Assembly: GCA_021432655.1 (NCBI GenBank)
Contig: MU271229.1
Location: forward strand, 91,903-133,778
Source: Atractiella rhizophila
Taxonomy: Eukaryota
DNA: 41,876 bases
Direction of reading: 5' to 3'
Shown: one piece after another, positions 37,582 to 41,876 of the stretch
How the letters are laid out: each line of letters starts with the position of its first letter
Numbering within the stretch: the first letter of the stretch is position 1
Position numbers and translations under genes: made by a program
Notes under the pieces: model-generated
The model's database searches: none
What the model saw: the letters and a program-made list of their open reading frames with translations, nothing else
What the model was told of the DNA's origin: nothing

Positions 37582-40214
37582 ATGGAGCTGGGCCTGTTTT
37601 ACGCCGTTGTCGGAAAGGACATTTATGACCCTCCAGCATTCATTAAGACGTCAACCCAATTTCCACTTGTATCCGAACTCAGAGCTCAGCTTCAAAGCGC
37701 CACTCGAATGACATCACTCACCCTCCCAACAGCGAGTGAAGGGGCTTGTCGACTCAGGCTTTGGAAAGTCGACGCCACTCCCACGAGCAAACCACTTTCG
37801 GTACTAAAGTCGCATCTAGACTACACGGAATCGGTTATCCGATCGCTCACGTTTCCCTGGAGCCTTCCCGAGAGCGATCATCATGCTGCTCCCCCCGAAG
37901 ACCCTCGTTTGGTATTGGAGTTTCTTGCTCCAGGTGATCCCCTCAGCGTTTATTGGACAACTCAACCGGATGTGTCTCGCCTGCACATTATTGCAGAAAT
38001 TCTGCCGTGTCTCCCTTCCGATTGTGCGTCAGTCTCATCTCCAGCACTTTGCGTTTTTCTCTGATTAAATCATCAGCATCGACATGGCAGCTTAAACCCC
38101 ACAACCTCACAGAAATACAACGATTGGCGCGTTTCCAAGTTGAAAAGCAGCGGTCGTTTCCTCCATCCCTGGTTTTGAGGAATAACATCCACGACGTTAC
38201 ACTGAGGTCTCCATCCGTGCTTAAGGACGCGAAAGATGAACTAGAGAAAATTTTCATCGTGCCCCATGGAAACAGGAGCAATCTTGGTCCATACGTTGGG
38301 GTGGCCAACGCTTTTGTGTCCGAATTTGGTGATGGTCAAGCTACTTCAGACCGGCTGGTGACAAAGACAGAACTTATCCACTATTCTACAGCCGTAGAAT
38401 ATTGTGGCATGCGACTCGAGCGCTATCGTGAGGCTATGCAGGCATATTTCAACATGACGTTCATGGATCCCGTCGCGATCGAGCTAAGTTCCCGGTTGGG
38501 TGTGCCCTTGAGGTCGAATTTTTTATCGTAAGCTCACTTGCGATACCTGGTTCAGAGCCGACACTTCACTTTACAGCAATAGAAACTGGAAATTTCACTT
38601 ACTGCCTTTCATATCCAAGCCGAATGAGCACGGGGAGACGAAGACTACTCAGTTTAAATATCAACCTCGAAGTGATTACGAGTTTCGAAACGACGCCGAC
38701 AAACTGCCGCGACTTTTAGTGCAGATTCAGTCGCATGTGGACCAAGAGGACGAAACGCGAATGCTGCTACAAGCTGCTGTTGTGGTTAGGCTCGCGCAAA
38801 ACGCCATCAACAAGAGTGTGATCATGGACAAGCGATGGCGATTCATCATAACTTGTTACTATGTGAATAAAGAGCTGGAGGTTAAGCGTTACCTAATGTG
38901 TAGTAAGGCTATCGAACAGCCTAGCGTGAGCGCATCACTATTCAGAAGCTCGCTCTGAAGGTTATACAGGCGGAGGTTATTTACCGATGTGACAAATTTT
39001 GTCTCACCTCTCGGCGGGATGCATTCAAGTTTCTCCTCGGTCTGTACAATTCACCATCTGTGATCGACTGGAGGCATCCCATCGATTCGGAAGATATTCA
39101 GCTAGACCTGAATGACGTCGAGTTAAAGAAGTACAAATCTTTGACTACGCTTGGCAGTGGCCCGACAAGCCGAAAGCGCAAACCGGCTGACGATAATGGC
39201 GGCGACCAGTCTCAAGCCAGGACGCCAAAGTCGCAGAAAGTAGATGATCCTGCGGTCACAAACGCTCTTCAGAGCGCAGGTTACTCCCTCATCCGCCCTG
39301 ACCCCAATCGTTGGACCCTTCTTGACGAGGTGCGTACTGGCTAGCCGAGAATTTCAGCATTAATGACAACATTCCAGCCGTCATCCATTTCTTCCCCGTC
39401 AGTGGCGATCGTTCGGCGACAAGACGAAGAGGAACAGCAGTTCATCATCAAGGTAGTTGAAGGACCCGATTATGAAGAAACGGAGATCCACCGTTCTCTC
39501 GCCTCCATGGCCGACCCGAAAAATCATACCATTAAGATCATCGAAGTTTTGGAAAGTGGAGGCTATCAAATTCTTGTTCTTCCACTCGGCAAACCTCTCC
39601 GCACTCTCAAAAGTCAACTTGACACTGCCCTCGCGAGCTCTCTCTGTGAGCAACTGCTCGAAGCTGTCGGTTTTATGCACAGTCAAGGCTTTGTGCACTT
39701 GGATTTGAAACCCGATAACCTCGTTGTCACCGGCGATACTCTCCAAATAATTGACTTTGGACTGTCTTGTCGAGTTGGCTCCGACACATTATTGAGAGGT
39801 TTCAGAGGGACAACAACATGGGTTGCCCCCGAAGTCGGGGAAAACGAAGGACCGAAGCAGACGTTCGAGCCCATCCCTGTCGATCTTTGGGCTACTGGAA
39901 GCATTATTCTTCGTTTCTTTGGTGCATTCCTCCCAGCTGGCCACCAGCTTTTCGACCTTGCAGGGCAATTGACCTCCCCTGATCCGAAGGCCCGCCCACG
40001 CTTGGATCCAGCGCGAAACCTTAAAAAGAGGCCAATTGAATCTCATAATCTGCCTCTTACTAAACACATGTTAGTCCATCCTCCCACCGTTTGTTCGAAG
40101 TTGATTTATATTCATAGCAGAAGAGACTATGCTCAGCACTCGAGACTAGAGTATGCACGCGAGTTCGGATACCCATACTCCGTGCAGCCCTTCGAACAGA
40201 CTTCCGTTCGATAA
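37582..40214 (+). CDS. Crinkler (CRN)-like protein: Ubl-like CRN N-terminal domain + PD-(D/E)xK-like middle domain + C-terminal protein kinase, multi-exon
   Basis: Header: LFYAVVG...LVSELRAQL...LRLWKV...LAPGDPLSVYW...P...LHIIAEI. Middle: YQPRSDYEF...LPRLLVQIQS...DETRMLLQAA...FLLGLYN. Kinase: FIIKVV, EETEI, HLDLKPDN, IIDFG, GTTTWVAPE, DLWATG. In-frame GT-AG introns at ~38926-38969 and ~39330-39377. 5' introns and exact stop uncertain. Confidence 0.8.
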
Positions 40215-40285
40215 GGTCCGGGACTCTTCCGTTACGTTTACACTGTTCTGCGATATCTCCTCTTTCAACATTTGTTCGTTATCCG

Positions 40286-41630
40286 TAAGGCATCGACACG
40301 GTCCACCGCGGGGGGACGCGGGGTAAACGTGCGGTTTCGTGGCCCCCAAGTCCAGACCGCAATCCGTCCTCGTCTCCTTCGACGAGGACCCCGTACCCCC
40401 GGCGAGGAACCGTACGAGGAGGCGGGGAGCCCACGGTGACGTGTATCAAAGGTGACAAAGTTGCATAAACGTGGCTGTAATTGACTGCTGATTAGGGTAC
40501 TAGTAAGATGTCATTAAAATAAAATGCAATTTGAATTTTAAATGTTCTCCAAAGTCTCATAGGGATATCACTTCCTTCTCATTGGTCTTTTGCTTCTTCT
40601 TTGGCCTTTTCTCCATCTTGTCTGCCTTCTCAGCCTTTAACATCCCTATAAGCCCAGGCAAACTGGGGAGCATGCCCTGCTCGTGCCACAATCTCAACAT
40701 GGTCTGAGAGCGGAAAGTCTCGTCTTTCATGGAAAGGCGGAGGAAAGTGGCAATTTCCCCTCCATCTGAGAAGCTACGTTCGAGGTCGGCCGTGTGTGCT
40801 GATGTTCATGTGAGCCGCACGAGCAGATTGACAACTAAGTACTTACCTGGGACCGCGGAAATGTCCATCGCACACTGATGGAAACTCCTCTCAACAGCAT
40901 CCGGCGCTTTCTTGTAGCGTTGATAGTGGTACCGAAGAGGGTCAATTTTCTTCATAACTGGCTTTCCATTGACCTTGCGCCGCAACGGATCAGGTTTGGC
41001 ATGGATGAAGGTATTGACCGGATTCTCAATGCTGCATGTAACATCTACAGATGTAGCGGCCAGCTGAGGATCATACTGAGCCAGTGTATTGAAATCCTTT
41101 TCCTTCAAGTTATCAGCACATTTCCACAATCAGTGCTTAAAATACCACCTCAGACGACACGGCAACATTGACAGCTTCACTCAATGTCTCAGTTGCAGCT
41201 GGTTTGTAATGTGTATCCCAAAAATTGTAAAGTGTTTTTTCAGCATCATTCATCCATTCCTCGTCCCAGTTTATCATCTTCAGATACTCCATGCGACGCT
41301 GTGGATGCAGCACTGTGGTGTTACAGTCAGCCATTAATTAATAACAAACAAGCTCAGGGACAAATTGACATACATAATGCCCAGATATAGATGTGCGATT
41401 GATCAGCACATTTCAGATAGTATTTGTCAAGTACCCTGTGAGCAATCTGACCACCAGCTTGAATTGCTGTGTGTGCTGTTGGCTTGACAATCAGTTTGCT
41501 AACAGGATCTTTTAGTCCTCGTAGATGTGCAAGAGATGCATGGCAATATTGTTGAACAGAACTACGATCTCTCCGAGGTCTGATGTGTCCGTCTTTGAAA
41601 ATTCTTCTAACAGTACTTTAGGGTTTAACC
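40286..41630 (-). mobile_element. hAT-superfamily DNA transposon, 3' half only (transposase stop at 40557; 5' part lost at the chromosome end)
   Basis: Spliced minus-strand reading: EEFSKTDTSDLGEIVVLF, IQAGGQIAHRVLDKYY, YIWALLLHPQRRMEYL..WDEEW, then the dimerisation domain AMDISAVPAHTADLERSFSDGG...LRLSMKDETF. One in-frame TAA at 41512-41514. The left boundary is inferred from a GC-rich subterminal block. Confidence 0.85.
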
Positions 41631-41781
41631 CTGTCTCTTTCAGGAATGAGATCCAGGCTGAATCCTTGCCTCCTGGCTGCCCAGGGTACAACCCTACCTC
41701 TGTCAGGAACAAGATCCTGGCTACATCCTTTCCTCCTTGGCACCCAGGATACGACCCTGATGCTGTCAGGAACAGGATCCC
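41620..41781. repeat. Telomere-adjacent 63-bp tandem repeat, ~2.6 copies
   Basis: CAGGAA recurs at 41641, 41704 and 41767; (A/G)ACCCT recurs at 41627, 41690 and 41753. Units 1 and 2 differ at 16 of 63 positions with no indels. Confidence 0.9.
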
Positions 41782-41783
41782 GC

Positions 41784-41876
41784 TTAGGGTTAGGGTTAGG
41801 GTTAGGGTTAGGGTTAGGGTTAGGGTTAGGGTTAGGGTTAGGGTTAGGGTTAGGGTTAGGGTTAGGGTTAGGGTTA
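41784..41876 (+). repeat. Telomere (TTAGGG)n, right chromosome end
   Basis: 15 perfect TTAGGG units plus TTA run to the end of the window, G-rich strand 5'->3' toward the end. Confidence 0.99.

Noticed and set aside
41100..41150. Apparent stop and frameshift in the hAT transposase
   Set aside because: Explained by a ~45-nt GT...GCTGAT...AAG intron.
41620..41781. CRISPR-like interpretation of the periodic repeat
   Set aside because: Whole units are homologous with no unique spacers, the context is eukaryotic, and there are no cas genes.

Overview
The window is the last ~42 kb of a fungal chromosome arm, ending in (TTAGGG)n at 41784-41876. Genes are intron-dense (mostly 45-70 nt GT-AG introns, plus 9-18 nt microexons). 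The DUF6533 and FunK1-like sequences point to a basidiomycete; the species cannot be determined here. From 1 to ~33.8 kb lie apparently intact genes: an SDR oxidoreductase, ABCC/MRP transporter, DUF6533 membrane protein, cytochrome P450, stomatin, PhyH-like dioxygenase, MFS transporter, SPOUT methyltransferase, CNBP-type zinc knuckle protein, an orphan gene, an NTF2/SnoaL-like protein and a PDR ABC transporter. The distal ~7 kb looks like a separate, rearranged compartment. It holds a FunK1-like kinase remnant and a frameshifted BCD1 (zf-HIT) pseudogene running into unrelated sequence. Head-to-head with that pseudogene is an apparently intact Crinkler(CRN)-type gene with a Ubl-like header, a restriction-endonuclease-like domain and a protein kinase. 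Next comes the 3' half of a CpG-depleted hAT transposase, whose 5' half is replaced by a 63-bp tandem repeat capped by the telomere. The CRN-REase-kinase gene and its context are the best candidate for an undescribed system. All gene models were spliced and translated by eye and no database searches were run, so family calls rest on recalled motifs and exon boundaries are approximate.
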